IMG/VR virus record: IMGVR_UViG_3300027736_000021
DNA from: a virus
DNA: 64,000 nt
Reading direction: 5' to 3' (one strand)
The position numbers and the translations under genes were made by a program. Of the stretch, positions 1 through 8,097 are shown one piece after another (the first letter of the stretch is position 1; each line of letters starts with the position of its first letter). A model generated the notes under the pieces. That model made no database searches. It had not been told where the DNA came from and saw only the letters and a program-made list of their open reading frames with translations.

Positions 1-141
1 GAGTTGTTGTTGTTTTTGTTTGTGACCAATGATGTGAATTTGAAAGATAGTTATACCGAAAATGAAATGAAGTTTGTTATCTCTCAAATACCAAGTAGTC
101 AACGAAAAGTGATTACAAGGCACATTAATATTTTAAGGTAA
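1..141 (+). CDS. 3' end of a hypothetical protein truncated by the window edge
   Basis: Frame 1 is open from base 1 to TAA at 139-141 (ELLLFLFVTND...RHINILR*), just before the ORF at 150. Confidence 0.55.
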   Translation, partial: ELLLFLFVTNDVNLKDSYTENEMKFVISQIPSSQRKVITRHINILR

Positions 142-149
142 TTTATATT

Positions 150-857
150 ATGAAAAAGAAGTTATTAGTAGCATTAGTTCCATTAGTAATGTTGTCGGCT
201 TGTGGTTCAAACCCACCTAAAACAGCTATGGATTCTAGTTCACTATTTGGTAAAGGTGCTAAGACTGGCGATTCGGTTCGTATGCCAGATTGGTACATGG
301 AAAAACCAAAAGATGATGCTTTGTATTCCGTATCAAGTGAATATTCTGCTGACCTCCAATTCTCGGTTGATAAAGCGATGCTATCGGCAAAGCGTGAGTT
401 AGCCGCAAAATATTCATCTTATGTATCAGCGATGATGAAAGACTTTACCGCAGAGATTGGTAATGCAGATGGAGTGAACCGTGATATTGAACGAACTACT
501 AAATTGCTGGTTGCACAAGTGAATTTAGTTGGCATCCAACGACCACAATTTGAAATTCGCCATGAAGGCCGTGGGTTCAGAACATTCGTGCAATTACGCT
601 ATTCATTAGATGATTCTAATCGGTTACTGATTGAGAAAATTCAAAATGACAAGAAGTTAGAAATGGCTTTGCGTAAATCGGCAGCATTCCGTGAACTTGA
701 AGAATCGGTTAATAAAGTTAACAAGCAGAATGAACCAGTTATCATAAGTCCTGTTCCGCCTGCTACAACCGATGAAACAGCTAAACCCGTATCATTCAAG
801 GTAACACTTGATGATTCACCAAAGGTAGATAATACGCCTGTGAAAGTTAGCAATTGA
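150..857 (+). CDS. Lipoprotein (LPP20-like)
   Basis: MKKK + hydrophobic stretch + lipobox LSAC; 'MPDWY' and 'AMLSAKRELA' resemble LPP20-type lipoproteins. Confidence 0.65.
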   Translation: MKKKLLVALVPLVMLSACGSNPPKTAMDSSSLFGKGAKTGDSVRMPDWYMEKPKDDALYSVSSEYSADLQFSVDKAMLSAKRELAAKYSSYVSAMMKDFTAEIGNADGVNRDIERTTKLLVAQVNLVGIQRPQFEIRHEGRGFRTFVQLRYSLDDSNRLLIEKIQNDKKLEMALRKSAAFRELEESVNKVNKQNEPVIISPVPPATTDETAKPVSFKVTLDDSPKVDNTPVKVSN

Positions 858-1456
858 ATCTTGACCAAAAATATCTAGCACTTGACCTTGAACTCAATAA
901 TGCACCAGATGGTTCGACACCAAATCCAAGTATTATACAGATTGGTGTTGCCATTGGTTCAGCAAGAGAGCAACCAAGTGAATGGATTACTAAAAAGTGG
1001 TATGTCAAAGTCAATGAACCAATCTATCAGTTTATTACTGATTTGACTGGTATCACCAATGAAGATATATCACAATTTGGCATGACACACTATGATATTG
1101 GTCAAGAATTGAGTAGGCTGATTAAAGATAATGATGTGTTTGTGAATCCTGTAACTTGGGGTGGAGGAGATTCTACCGAGTTGAAGGATGAATTTGATAA
1201 ACACGGCATTGAATTCAAACACTTTGGTCGCCGATGGGTTGATGTGAAAACTTGGTATGTAATGAGAATGTTGGCCAATGGTAAAAAACCATCAGGTGGT
1301 TTATCATCAGCAATGGGTGTTTATAAAATGCAATTTGAAGGCAAAGCACACCGAGCTGATGTTGATGCCTATAACACTTTAAGATTATTTTTTGAAATAC
1401 TGAAACAACAAAAAAGAATGTTAGACATGATATCAATGGCAAAGGAAGTTAAATGA
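854..1456 (+). CDS. DEDDh 3'-5' exonuclease (DnaQ/ERI-1-like)
   Basis: ExoI LDLE, 'IIQIG', 'LTGIT', 'TWGGGD', ExoIII 'HRADVDAYNT'; TTG start overlapping the previous stop. Confidence 0.85.
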   Translation: MNLDQKYLALDLELNNAPDGSTPNPSIIQIGVAIGSAREQPSEWITKKWYVKVNEPIYQFITDLTGITNEDISQFGMTHYDIGQELSRLIKDNDVFVNPVTWGGGDSTELKDEFDKHGIEFKHFGRRWVDVKTWYVMRMLANGKKPSGGLSSAMGVYKMQFEGKAHRADVDAYNTLRLFFEILKQQKRMLDMISMAKEVK

Positions 1457-1632
1457 ACTTTATTGATTACCTCAGATATAGTGGGTTGAGTGTTATACTT
1501 AGCTTCAACCCATTACATTGGAAAGTTTTACCTTGGATCCAAAAAGAACTTGATCCTTGGGAGTCAGCAACATATAGTTTTGGTTTTTTATTTTTAACAA
1601 TCCGCTTTTGGATAGATGATGGGAGTTGGTAA
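1453..1632 (+). CDS. Small Trp-rich hypothetical protein (59 aa, not in ORF track)
   Basis: MNFIDYLRYSGLSVILSFNPLHW...WIDDGSW*; ATGA overlap with the upstream gene, AAGGA SD, TAATG overlap downstream. Confidence 0.7.
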   Translation: MNFIDYLRYSGLSVILSFNPLHWKVLPWIQKELDPWESATYSFGFLFLTIRFWIDDGSW

Positions 1633-1721
1633 TGAGTTGGCTTAAAAAGATATTTGGTAAAAAGAAACATTATGATTTTACAGAATTGGACAAAGTTGTT
1701 TATAATTGGATTAAAAAGTGA
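1632..1721 (+). CDS. 29-aa basic amphipathic peptide
   Basis: MSWLKKIFGKKKHYDFTELDKVVYNWIKK*; coupled on both sides (TAATG, GTGA overlaps); GGGAG upstream. Confidence 0.55.
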   Translation: MSWLKKIFGKKKHYDFTELDKVVYNWIKK

Positions 1722-2302
1722 ACATCTTCTACCTTGACCATAATGTAGCAAAATGTGCTGAATACCATGTTGACAAACATTGTATTAAGATGATACTTGA
1801 ATACTGTCAGTTATTATCAACAGCCCACAGAATGATTGATGGCACCGAAACAGTTGCTAAATCTAAAACTGGTCGTAATGTAAAACGCTGGATTCTTCCT
1901 GATGAAAGAGAAACAGTTTTGTATTCAGCTACACACATTAATCATCCATCAGCTGTATGGGCTAGGCAGAATAAAGATAACTATTGTTGGTTGCATAGTT
2001 TACTATGTGAATTGTGTAAAGAATATACCTATCGCTATGGTAAAACTCATAAATGCCAAGAAATTGGTTTGGTTGATAAATTGGCGATTGTGCCATACAA
2101 TTTAAGTGATGCAAAATTTACTCAACCAACACCAGCGATGCCTGATGATTGTAAAGTGCCAGGTGATTCATTACAATCATATCGCAATTATTATGTAATG
2201 AATAAAGGTCATTTATGGTCATGGAAAGGTAAAATAAATAGTAGAACACAACCACAATGGTTTATTGAAATGGTTGAACCTTTATCTCATGGATATTCTT
2301 AA
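1718..2302 (+). CDS. Pyrimidine-dimer DNA glycosylase (DenV/endonuclease V)-like protein
   Basis: MNIFYLD...DKHCIKMILEYCQLLSTAH, HINHPSAVW, EYTYRYGKTH, PTPAMPD, YRNYY signature. Confidence 0.75.
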   Translation: MNIFYLDHNVAKCAEYHVDKHCIKMILEYCQLLSTAHRMIDGTETVAKSKTGRNVKRWILPDERETVLYSATHINHPSAVWARQNKDNYCWLHSLLCELCKEYTYRYGKTHKCQEIGLVDKLAIVPYNLSDAKFTQPTPAMPDDCKVPGDSLQSYRNYYVMNKGHLWSWKGKINSRTQPQWFIEMVEPLSHGYS

Positions 2303-2628
2303 TGCCAACTTATAATTTTATTGATACTGAAACAGGTGAAGAATTTGAATTGTTTATGAAATGGTCGGGACGTGAAACCTTTCTTAAAGAAAATCCTCAT
2401 ATACAACCAATACTAACCGCACCAGCTATCGTGTCAAGTGTTGCAGGTATGGGTTCACACCGAGTGCCTGATGGATTCAAAGAAGTATTATCAAAGGTAG
2501 CAGAGAAACATCCTGGCTCGGCTGTAGGTGAAAAATATGGTAGGAAATCTATCAAAGAAGCAAGAACAGCTCAGGTTGTTAAAAAACACGTTGATAGAAT
2601 TACGAAACGATTACAAAGTAAAAAATGA
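2302..2628 (+). CDS. Conserved phage protein with an FmdB-like N-terminus (Zn ligands absent)
   Basis: MPTYNF...TGEEFE and DGFKEVL motifs. Confidence 0.55.
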   Translation: MPTYNFIDTETGEEFELFMKWSGRETFLKENPHIQPILTAPAIVSSVAGMGSHRVPDGFKEVLSKVAEKHPGSAVGEKYGRKSIKEARTAQVVKKHVDRITKRLQSKK

Positions 2629-3299
2629 CATTTGAGCATATTAAATTACCTGAATTAGATTTTGATTTAGAAGCAGTAACAACAGAAAGCGGTAGACAGT
2701 ATAAAACACCAAAGGGTAATTCATACCCATCGGTTACAACCGTTCTTTCATCTTACAATAAGAAAGCCATTTATGAGTGGCGTGCTCGTGTAGGTGAAGA
2801 AGAAGCAAATAAGATTTCTGGTAAAGCCTCAAGGCGTGGTACCGCATTACATACCGTTTGTGAAAAGTATTTACTCAATGAGATGAACGAATTGAGGATG
2901 CAAACGATGATGCCAAACATTAAAGAATTGTTTTTACAGTTGAGGCCAGAGTTAGACCAAAATATTGGTAAAATCTATTCATTAGAACAGGCGCTTTATT
3001 CTGATGGATTAAAAATCGCTGGCCGTGTTGACTGTATCGCTGAGTGGGATGGAGAATTGGCGGTCATTGACTTTAAAACCTCTAGTAAAGAGAAATGGGA
3101 AGATGGAATTCTTAATTACTTCATGCAATGCTCGGCATATGCAGAAATGTTTGGTGAAATAACAGGCAAACCTATAAATAAATTGGTGGTGGCAATTGCC
3201 GTTGAAGAAGGCAAACCACAGATATTTGTAAGGGATAAAGAACCTTACCTGCCTCAATTAAAACAGTATATTGCCAAATATTACTTGACAAATAACTAA
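2625..3299 (+). CDS. PD-(D/E)XK (Cas4/RecB-like) exonuclease
   Basis: YPSVTTVL, RGTALH, E..LYS, AGRVDCI, IDFKTS, Q..AYA motifs. Confidence 0.85.
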   Translation: MTFEHIKLPELDFDLEAVTTESGRQYKTPKGNSYPSVTTVLSSYNKKAIYEWRARVGEEEANKISGKASRRGTALHTVCEKYLLNEMNELRMQTMMPNIKELFLQLRPELDQNIGKIYSLEQALYSDGLKIAGRVDCIAEWDGELAVIDFKTSSKEKWEDGILNYFMQCSAYAEMFGEITGKPINKLVVAIAVEEGKPQIFVRDKEPYLPQLKQYIAKYYLTNN

Positions 3300-3313
3300 A
3301 ATAGGTGTATAAT
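3285..3313 (+). promoter_or_regulatory. Consensus sigma70 (early) promoter
   Basis: TTGACA (3285-3290), 17-nt spacer, TATAAT (3308-3313); upstream of two small ORFs and the tmRNA. Confidence 0.85.
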
Positions 3314-3319
3314 AGCTGT

Positions 3320-3445
3320 ATGAATAAATATTGGAAGAAGCTCTGCACACCAGAGCAAAATGAAAGACAGATTGGTGCCTTAAAGATATTAGCTGGTGGC
3401 CTATCTTTACTTTTTATCATTTGGTTTTTAGGGAATTATCTATAA
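3320..3445 (+). CDS. 41-aa single-pass membrane protein
   Basis: MNKYWKKLCTPEQNERQIGALKILAGGLSLLFIIWFLGNYL*; ATG 6 nt after the -10 box. Confidence 0.6.
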   Translation: MNKYWKKLCTPEQNERQIGALKILAGGLSLLFIIWFLGNYL

Positions 3446-3552
3446 TGCCAGATAAGAATTGTGTAGATAAAGTCCGTGCTAGTCGTGCTAATTTTTATTT
3501 TGGCGTAGTTGCTGTAGCAATTATTGCTCTAATAATTTTTTTGAATTCGTAG
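3445..3552 (+). CDS. 35-aa single-pass membrane protein
   Basis: MPDKNCVDKVRASRANFYFGVVAVAIIALIIFLNS*; TAATG overlap. Confidence 0.55.
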   Translation: MPDKNCVDKVRASRANFYFGVVAVAIIALIIFLNS

Positions 3553-3554
3553 AA

Positions 3555-3860
3555 GTTTTTAGAAAGTTATTTTGGACGGCAGTTCAATTCTGCCCACCTC
3601 CACCAAAAGTATATTGACGAACCGAGTTATCGGTAGCAAACACACATTATAGTTGTGGCAATATACTTCTGATGGGGGTGCCAGGTTTCGACAGAGTAAT
3701 AAGTATAAAAATGGAGAATCGTCAATGCTAAAGACGATAGGGTTGAGGATACTCGGCCGAAGAAGCAATTGAATTAACCGCAAACGATAATAAGTTCGCA
3801 TTAGCAGCCTAAAAACTGCTTAGGGTTTTGGTGAGTTCCTAGTAACAGAATACTCACCAC
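3555..3860 (+). ncRNA. ssrA: Circularly permuted (two-piece) tmRNA
   Basis: T-arm GGCAG-TTCAATT-CTGCC (3578-3594) and CACCTCC-A-CCA (3595-3605) precede the 5' acceptor strand GGGGGTG (3674-3680; G3.U70 Ala identity pair) and D-loop CCAGGTTTCGAC; intervening segment closed by a 10-bp stem; tag ORF ANDNKFALAA* at 3780-3812; outer ends approximate. Confidence 0.93.
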
Positions 3861-3969
3861 AAATTAGTAAGTCTTTGCTTGGTACAGTTCCCGATATCCT
3901 TGCTTTGATATCTTGGTCTGATTGATAGCGACAAACTGATTATATTATCAACTTTAATTGGAGTTTAAC

Positions 3970-4101
3970 ATGAAAAAACTAATCGCTCTCGTAGCTGCAA
4001 CTTTCGCTGTAACAGCATTTGCTCAAGCACCTGCTAAGAAAGAAGAAGCAAAGAAAGATGCACCAAAAGCTGAAGTGAAGAAAGAAGAAAAGAAGAAGTA
4101 A
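3970..4101 (+). CDS. 43-aa secreted Lys/Glu/Ala-rich peptide (not in ORF track)
   Basis: MKKLIALVAATFAVTAFA|QAPAKKEEAKKDAPKAEVKKEEKKK*; GGAG SD; Sec signal peptide with AFA cleavage site. Confidence 0.8.
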   Translation: MKKLIALVAATFAVTAFAQAPAKKEEAKKDAPKAEVKKEEKKK

Positions 4102-4115
4102 TTCTTTAAGGCTTC

Positions 4116-4150
4116 GTGGGTGGCCTTCTTCAAAACACCCACACCATTTT
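4116..4150 (+). terminator. Possible intrinsic terminator or hairpin
   Basis: GTGGGTG...CACCCAC stem followed shortly by TTTTT; large loop. Confidence 0.35.
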
Positions 4151-4163
4151 ATTATGAGATAAT

Positions 4164-4403
4164 ATGCCTTTATTCGTTGAAAAAATTGAGCCTGTAAAAG
4201 AATTACAGAAAATTGAAATTCAACCAGCAGTTACAAAGGTTGAAAATTCATCAGTTGGTGATTACGAATTATTGTTTATAATATCTCTTGTTCTGGTAAT
4301 CTATCTACTAAGAGCACCTCTACTTGCCTTATGCTTATTTGTTTTTAAGTTAGGCATCATCTCAATTTTTGCCTACTGTGGCTACATTTTAATGATACAA
4401 TAA
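4164..4403 (+). CDS. Membrane protein (two predicted TM segments)
   Basis: Hydrophobic C-terminal half. Confidence 0.6.
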   Translation: MPLFVEKIEPVKELQKIEIQPAVTKVENSSVGDYELLFIISLVLVIYLLRAPLLALCLFVFKLGIISIFAYCGYILMIQ

Positions 4404-4409
4404 ACTATT

Positions 4410-5072
4410 ATGAAAATTTATTTAAGTAACTACCGTTATCATTGGATTTCTCCATATACAATTCTGGAACATATTTTTTTCTGGACTGATTGGAGTAAAT
4501 GTGGCCGTAATAAAGGCGTAATTGAAGATAAAGATTATGTGGATCATCCTGAATGGGTTGAACGATGGGCTAATCGAATTACACCTATCAGTACCTCTAT
4601 CCGTGTAGTATTAGATTTTATTCACCCACCAATTAAATATGTAAAGATTGACCGCTGGGATACTTGGTCAATGGATCATACCTTGGCTCATATTATTTTG
4701 CCAATGTTGAAACAACTAAATGAAACCAAACATGGTGCACCTTATACCGAAGATGATGATGTGCCAGAATATCTGCGTAGCCACATGGCACAACCAAAAG
4801 AGAATGAATGGGATACCGATAGCTTACACTTCATGCGTTGGGATTGGATTCTCGCTGAAATGATTTGGGCTTTTGAACAAGAACTCAAAGATGATGATGA
4901 GCACCAATTCTTTGACGATTCAGAATGTGGTGATGAAAAATTCCCATGGGACAAAGATGGCCAATATGTAAGTAAAATTAAAGTTGACAATGAAGGTTTA
5001 GAAGCACACCAAAAACGAAAGGCAAACGGCTTTAAATTATTTGGTAAATATTATCAGAATCTTTGGGATTGA
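4410..5072 (+). CDS. Conserved hypothetical phage protein
   Basis: IDRWDTWSMDHTLAHIILPML, WDWILAEMIWAF, GFKLFGKYYQNLWD motifs recurrent in T4-like phages. Confidence 0.7.
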   Translation: MKIYLSNYRYHWISPYTILEHIFFWTDWSKCGRNKGVIEDKDYVDHPEWVERWANRITPISTSIRVVLDFIHPPIKYVKIDRWDTWSMDHTLAHIILPMLKQLNETKHGAPYTEDDDVPEYLRSHMAQPKENEWDTDSLHFMRWDWILAEMIWAFEQELKDDDEHQFFDDSECGDEKFPWDKDGQYVSKIKVDNEGLEAHQKRKANGFKLFGKYYQNLWD

Positions 5073-5148
5073 AATTAAAATTAACTAAATATATTATCGG
5101 CATCACACACAAAGCCGGTAACACACATAAACACACAGGAGATTTACT

Positions 5149-5424
5149 ATGTCTAATATGACAGCTTTTGAAATTCGCCTCGAGCTATTAAAGATGGCAC
5201 GAGATATGCTTTCCGATGATTACTTTGGCAAGCGTGAACAAATATCAAACCAATGGTCGACAGATTGTGAAACGGCCAAAATCAATGGGCAGGAACCACC
5301 GAGGCATCCAGGTTACCCGCCATTCCCATCAGAACAAGAAGTCATTAACAAGGCAAAAACCTTGAACGATTTCGTTTCTAACATTACCACAGAACAAAAG
5401 ACTACAAGCAAAAAGTCCGCCTGA
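5149..5424 (+). CDS. Conserved hypothetical T4-like protein
   Basis: FEIRLELLKMA...EVINKAKTLNDFVS; AGGAG SD; late-type CTAAATA upstream. Confidence 0.75.
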   Translation: MSNMTAFEIRLELLKMARDMLSDDYFGKREQISNQWSTDCETAKINGQEPPRHPGYPPFPSEQEVINKAKTLNDFVSNITTEQKTTSKKSA

Positions 5425-5430
5425 TGGATC

Positions 5431-5450
5431 GGAAAGGCTTCGGCCTTTCC
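5431..5450 (+). promoter_or_regulatory. C(UUCG)G tetraloop hairpin (stabiliser or weak terminator)
   Basis: GGAAAGGC-TTCG-GCCTTTCC, no long U tract. Confidence 0.65.
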
Positions 5451-5468
5451 TTAACAAAAAGGAGATGT

Positions 5469-6050
5469 ATGCGAAGTAAAACGATACTTTTAAGTATAAT
5501 TTTATCAGTAATTATTCTAGCAGCAACAGCTGCAAATGTTTATTCAAATGAAGGCAAGTATTATATACCTGCAAGCGTTGGATATAAAGCACTTTCTAAA
5601 CCAACACAGAAACAAGTTGATTGTTTAGCCGAGAATATCTATTTTGAAGCAGGCCATGAATCAAAAGATGGTCAGATTGCCGTTGCACTTGTTACACTCA
5701 ATCGTTTAGCCTCAGGAAACTATGGTTCAGATGTTTGTGGTGTGGTAAAGCAAAAAACGGTGATTAATGGTAATACAATTTGCCAATTTTCATGGATGTG
5801 TGATTCAATGTTTACCTCTAAAAGGTTGACAATTATACACACTTCATTGTATAATAGAGTGAGAGAAGTAGCTGTTTATGTTTTAATGAATTATGAGAAC
5901 ATGGCAGATATTACTAAAGGTGCCACATACTATCATGCAGATTATGTTAATCCTCAATGGGGATTGCCAAAGACTACACAAATTGGCAGGCATATATTTT
6001 ATAAGCGTCAGTCAGATTTAGTAACAATGAAAAAGGACATAAAAATATGA
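5469..6050 (+). CDS. Cell wall hydrolase, SleB/Hydrolase_2 family
   Basis: CLAENIYFEA, AVALVTLNR, CQFSW, GATYYHADYVNPQW, IGRHIFY; start moved to 5469 (AAGGAG SD, N-terminal signal or anchor). Confidence 0.88.
   Translation: MRSKTILLSIILSVIILAATAANVYSNEGKYYIPASVGYKALSKPTQKQVDCLAENIYFEAGHESKDGQIAVALVTLNRLASGNYGSDVCGVVKQKTVINGNTICQFSWMCDSMFTSKRLTIIHTSLYNRVREVAVYVLMNYENMADITKGATYYHADYVNPQWGLPKTTQIGRHIFYKRQSDLVTMKKDIKI
5826..5855 (+). promoter_or_regulatory. Intragenic sigma70 promoter
   Basis: TTGACA (5826-5831), 18-nt spacer, TATAAT (5850-5855). Confidence 0.65.
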
Positions 6051-6301
6051 ACGATTTAAGAAAAGATATCATAGGTGTTATTATTGCAAGTGCAATTGTT
6101 TTCATGTCTGCAATAATTTCTATAGCAGTTTATCATATAAATGATAGAGCGTTAATGTCAAAGAACATTGATGCTGCCATTGCAAAGGGAGTTGATCCTG
6201 TTGCGGTTCGTTGTTCATTTGTTCAACAAACAGATACCATTTGTGTTGCATATGCAGCTGCACAAGGTGGTCATACGGGGTCACCATCACCTAAAAAATA
6301 A
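6047..6301 (+). CDS. Hypothetical membrane-anchored protein
   Basis: N-terminal TM; 'KGVDPVAVRC...IC'; AAGGA SD. Confidence 0.65.
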   Translation: MNDLRKDIIGVIIASAIVFMSAIISIAVYHINDRALMSKNIDAAIAKGVDPVAVRCSFVQQTDTICVAYAAAQGGHTGSPSPKK

Positions 6302-6314
6302 TTGAAAGGTTATT

Positions 6315-6497
6315 ATGAAAAATGTGATTCTTATGGGTTCTATGGCATTATGTTTGATTGTTATTGTTCTTCACACGGTGTTTACATATGAATATAGCCG
6401 TGTGAAGATTTATGATTGCACAATTTCTGAAATTAGTGTAGATTATCCAATTGAAGTGAAAGAAGAATGTCGTAAATTGAAAAGGAAAATGATATGA
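6315..6497 (+). CDS. Hypothetical membrane-anchored protein
   Basis: TM plus 'YDCTISEISVDYPIEVKEECRK'. Confidence 0.6.
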   Translation: MKNVILMGSMALCLIVIVLHTVFTYEYSRVKIYDCTISEISVDYPIEVKEECRKLKRKMI

Positions 6498-6724
6498 GTA
6501 AGTTTACATTTATTTGTGAAGAAGAGGCGATGCCTTTTGCAGATGCCGTTTCATCTAAAAGAACGGTTGAATTCAAGGCTGAAACCATAAGTGATATTGT
6601 TAATGAATTTGAAATGTTTCTAAAAGGTTGCGGCTTTAATTTTGAAGGTCGTTTAGATTTGGTACAAGAAGAACATGAATGGGTTCAGGACAAGAGAGCA
6701 GACCAAGAGTTTGATTATAGATAA
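6494..6724 (+). CDS. Hypothetical protein
   Basis: 'TVEF...FEMFLKGCGF' conserved small phage protein; coupled overlaps. Confidence 0.65.
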   Translation: MSKFTFICEEEAMPFADAVSSKRTVEFKAETISDIVNEFEMFLKGCGFNFEGRLDLVQEEHEWVQDKRADQEFDYR

Positions 6725-6948
6725 TGCCAACTAAAGACGAAATGATGAAGTTTGCAATAGCAATTGATAAATTGGTTGCTGAAACAGACTACAACTACAT
6801 TGAAGCGATTGTGGAACATTGTAAGCGCACAGGATTGGAAATTGAAGTGGCCTCGACTTTGGTGAATGCCAACCTCAAATCTAAAATTGAAAATGATGCA
6901 ATGGAAAACAATTTATTAAAGAATAAAAGCCCTAGATTGCCACTATGA
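6724..6948 (+). CDS. gp33: Late promoter transcription co-activator gp33
   Basis: YIEAIVEHC...EIE..STLVNANLKSKIENDA...NLLK; synteny 33-59-32. Confidence 0.85.
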   Translation: MPTKDEMMKFAIAIDKLVAETDYNYIEAIVEHCKRTGLEIEVASTLVNANLKSKIENDAMENNLLKNKSPRLPL

Positions 6949-7532
6949 CAGGCTATGAAGCATTTTCAATATATCATACTCTAAAATTACACTTCACCAG
7001 CGATTACGATTATTTCAAGTATAATGGTAAGTGTAATATCAGTCCCACTACATTTGAAAATCGTAGGGACAAATACCATTTCTATAAACTGTCCCGTAAG
7101 TATCCAAATAAAGAACAATTTCAGAATTTTGTAATTGCCAACCTATTTGAGAATAGTGAGGCATGGGCAGGCACACTATTACAACCTGAAGCTGAGGTAA
7201 ATTACCTATTACGGCAGAAGGTAGTTCAATCCCTATCGTATACCTTTGAGAATGATTGTAAAGTTATTTTTGAAGATTGTAAAGATCCTAATGAATTATT
7301 GTCAACGAATGGAGACCATCCAAGACTGTTAACGATGGCTTTACGCAAAGAGATATCACCAGAAACACTAATCGTCCTAAACGCAATCCTGCAATTCTTA
7401 CCGATGTGGGATAGGAAGATTACCGATACAATACGATGGCCAGATTACCGAAGAAAACTAACCAAGTATGCCTCTTTTCTTACCTTTGATACTGTAAAAT
7501 ACAAGTTGTTATTAAAGAAGATTATATTATGA
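6945..7532 (+). CDS. gp59: Helicase loader gp59
   Basis: LKLHFTSDYDYFKYNGK, RRDKYHFYKL, ISPETL. Confidence 0.9.
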   Translation: MTGYEAFSIYHTLKLHFTSDYDYFKYNGKCNISPTTFENRRDKYHFYKLSRKYPNKEQFQNFVIANLFENSEAWAGTLLQPEAEVNYLLRQKVVQSLSYTFENDCKVIFEDCKDPNELLSTNGDHPRLLTMALRKEISPETLIVLNAILQFLPMWDRKITDTIRWPDYRRKLTKYASFLTFDTVKYKLLLKKIIL

Positions 7533-8032
7533 AATTATACTTAGATATGGATGGCGTAATTGCCAATTTTGAAAAGCGGTACATTGAGTTGTTTAATGAA
7601 TCGCCTGGTTCAGCACGAGATAGAAAAATGTTCAGTAAAAACTGGACTAAATTTATTGAAGGCAAACACTTTGAAACTTTAGACTGGTGGCCAGGTGCTT
7701 CAGAGTTAATAACATATGTTTCAACCAATTTTCCACATGAGAATGTTGAAATTCTTACTTCATCTGGCGGTAACAAATACCATGATGAAGTGGAGATTCA
7801 AAAAAAAGTGTGGGTTAAAAGAATGAACCTTTCTGAGAAATGGAAGGTCAATGTTGTAGCAGGAAGAAAATTAAAGGCAGATTATGCTACACCAAATAGC
7901 ATCCTGATTGATGATACCTTGGATGTTATTCAAGCCTTTAATGAAGCAGGAGGTATAGGTATTCATCACAAAGATGTTGGCAATACTATTATGTTGCTAG
8001 ATATTCTACTTGCAAAGCATATAAATAAATGA
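7529..8032 (+). CDS. HAD-family 5'(3')-deoxyribonucleotidase
   Basis: YLDMDGVIANF, ILTS, K..W, ILIDD, GGIGI motifs. Confidence 0.8.
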   Translation: MKLYLDMDGVIANFEKRYIELFNESPGSARDRKMFSKNWTKFIEGKHFETLDWWPGASELITYVSTNFPHENVEILTSSGGNKYHDEVEIQKKVWVKRMNLSEKWKVNVVAGRKLKADYATPNSILIDDTLDVIQAFNEAGGIGIHHKDVGNTIMLLDILLAKHINK

Positions 8033-8038
8033 TATACT
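8010..8038 (+). promoter_or_regulatory. Nested sigma70 and T4-late promoters for gp32
   Basis: TTGCAA, 17-nt spacer, (TGn)TATACT, with TATAAATA (8020-8027) inside the spacer. Confidence 0.65.
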
Positions 8039-8097
8039 ATGCATAATGTGGATAAGTTGCACATATTTTTTAATACATTTAATACGAGGTAATACAT

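Noticed and set aside
3573-3605. tRNA 3'-end fragment or prophage attachment site
   Set aside because: It pairs with the downstream GGGGGTG and is followed by a tag ORF, so it is the acceptor piece of a permuted tmRNA; no integrase is present
3640-3646. ACACACA in the tmRNA intervening segment matching the 5105-5137 leader repeats
   Set aside because: Single copies also occur inside coding regions (e.g. near 1932, 43642, 49731), so one copy is not significant
3559-3801. 80-aa minus-strand ORF
   Set aside because: Antisense shadow of the tmRNA (EVGRIELPS is the usual reverse translation of a T-arm)
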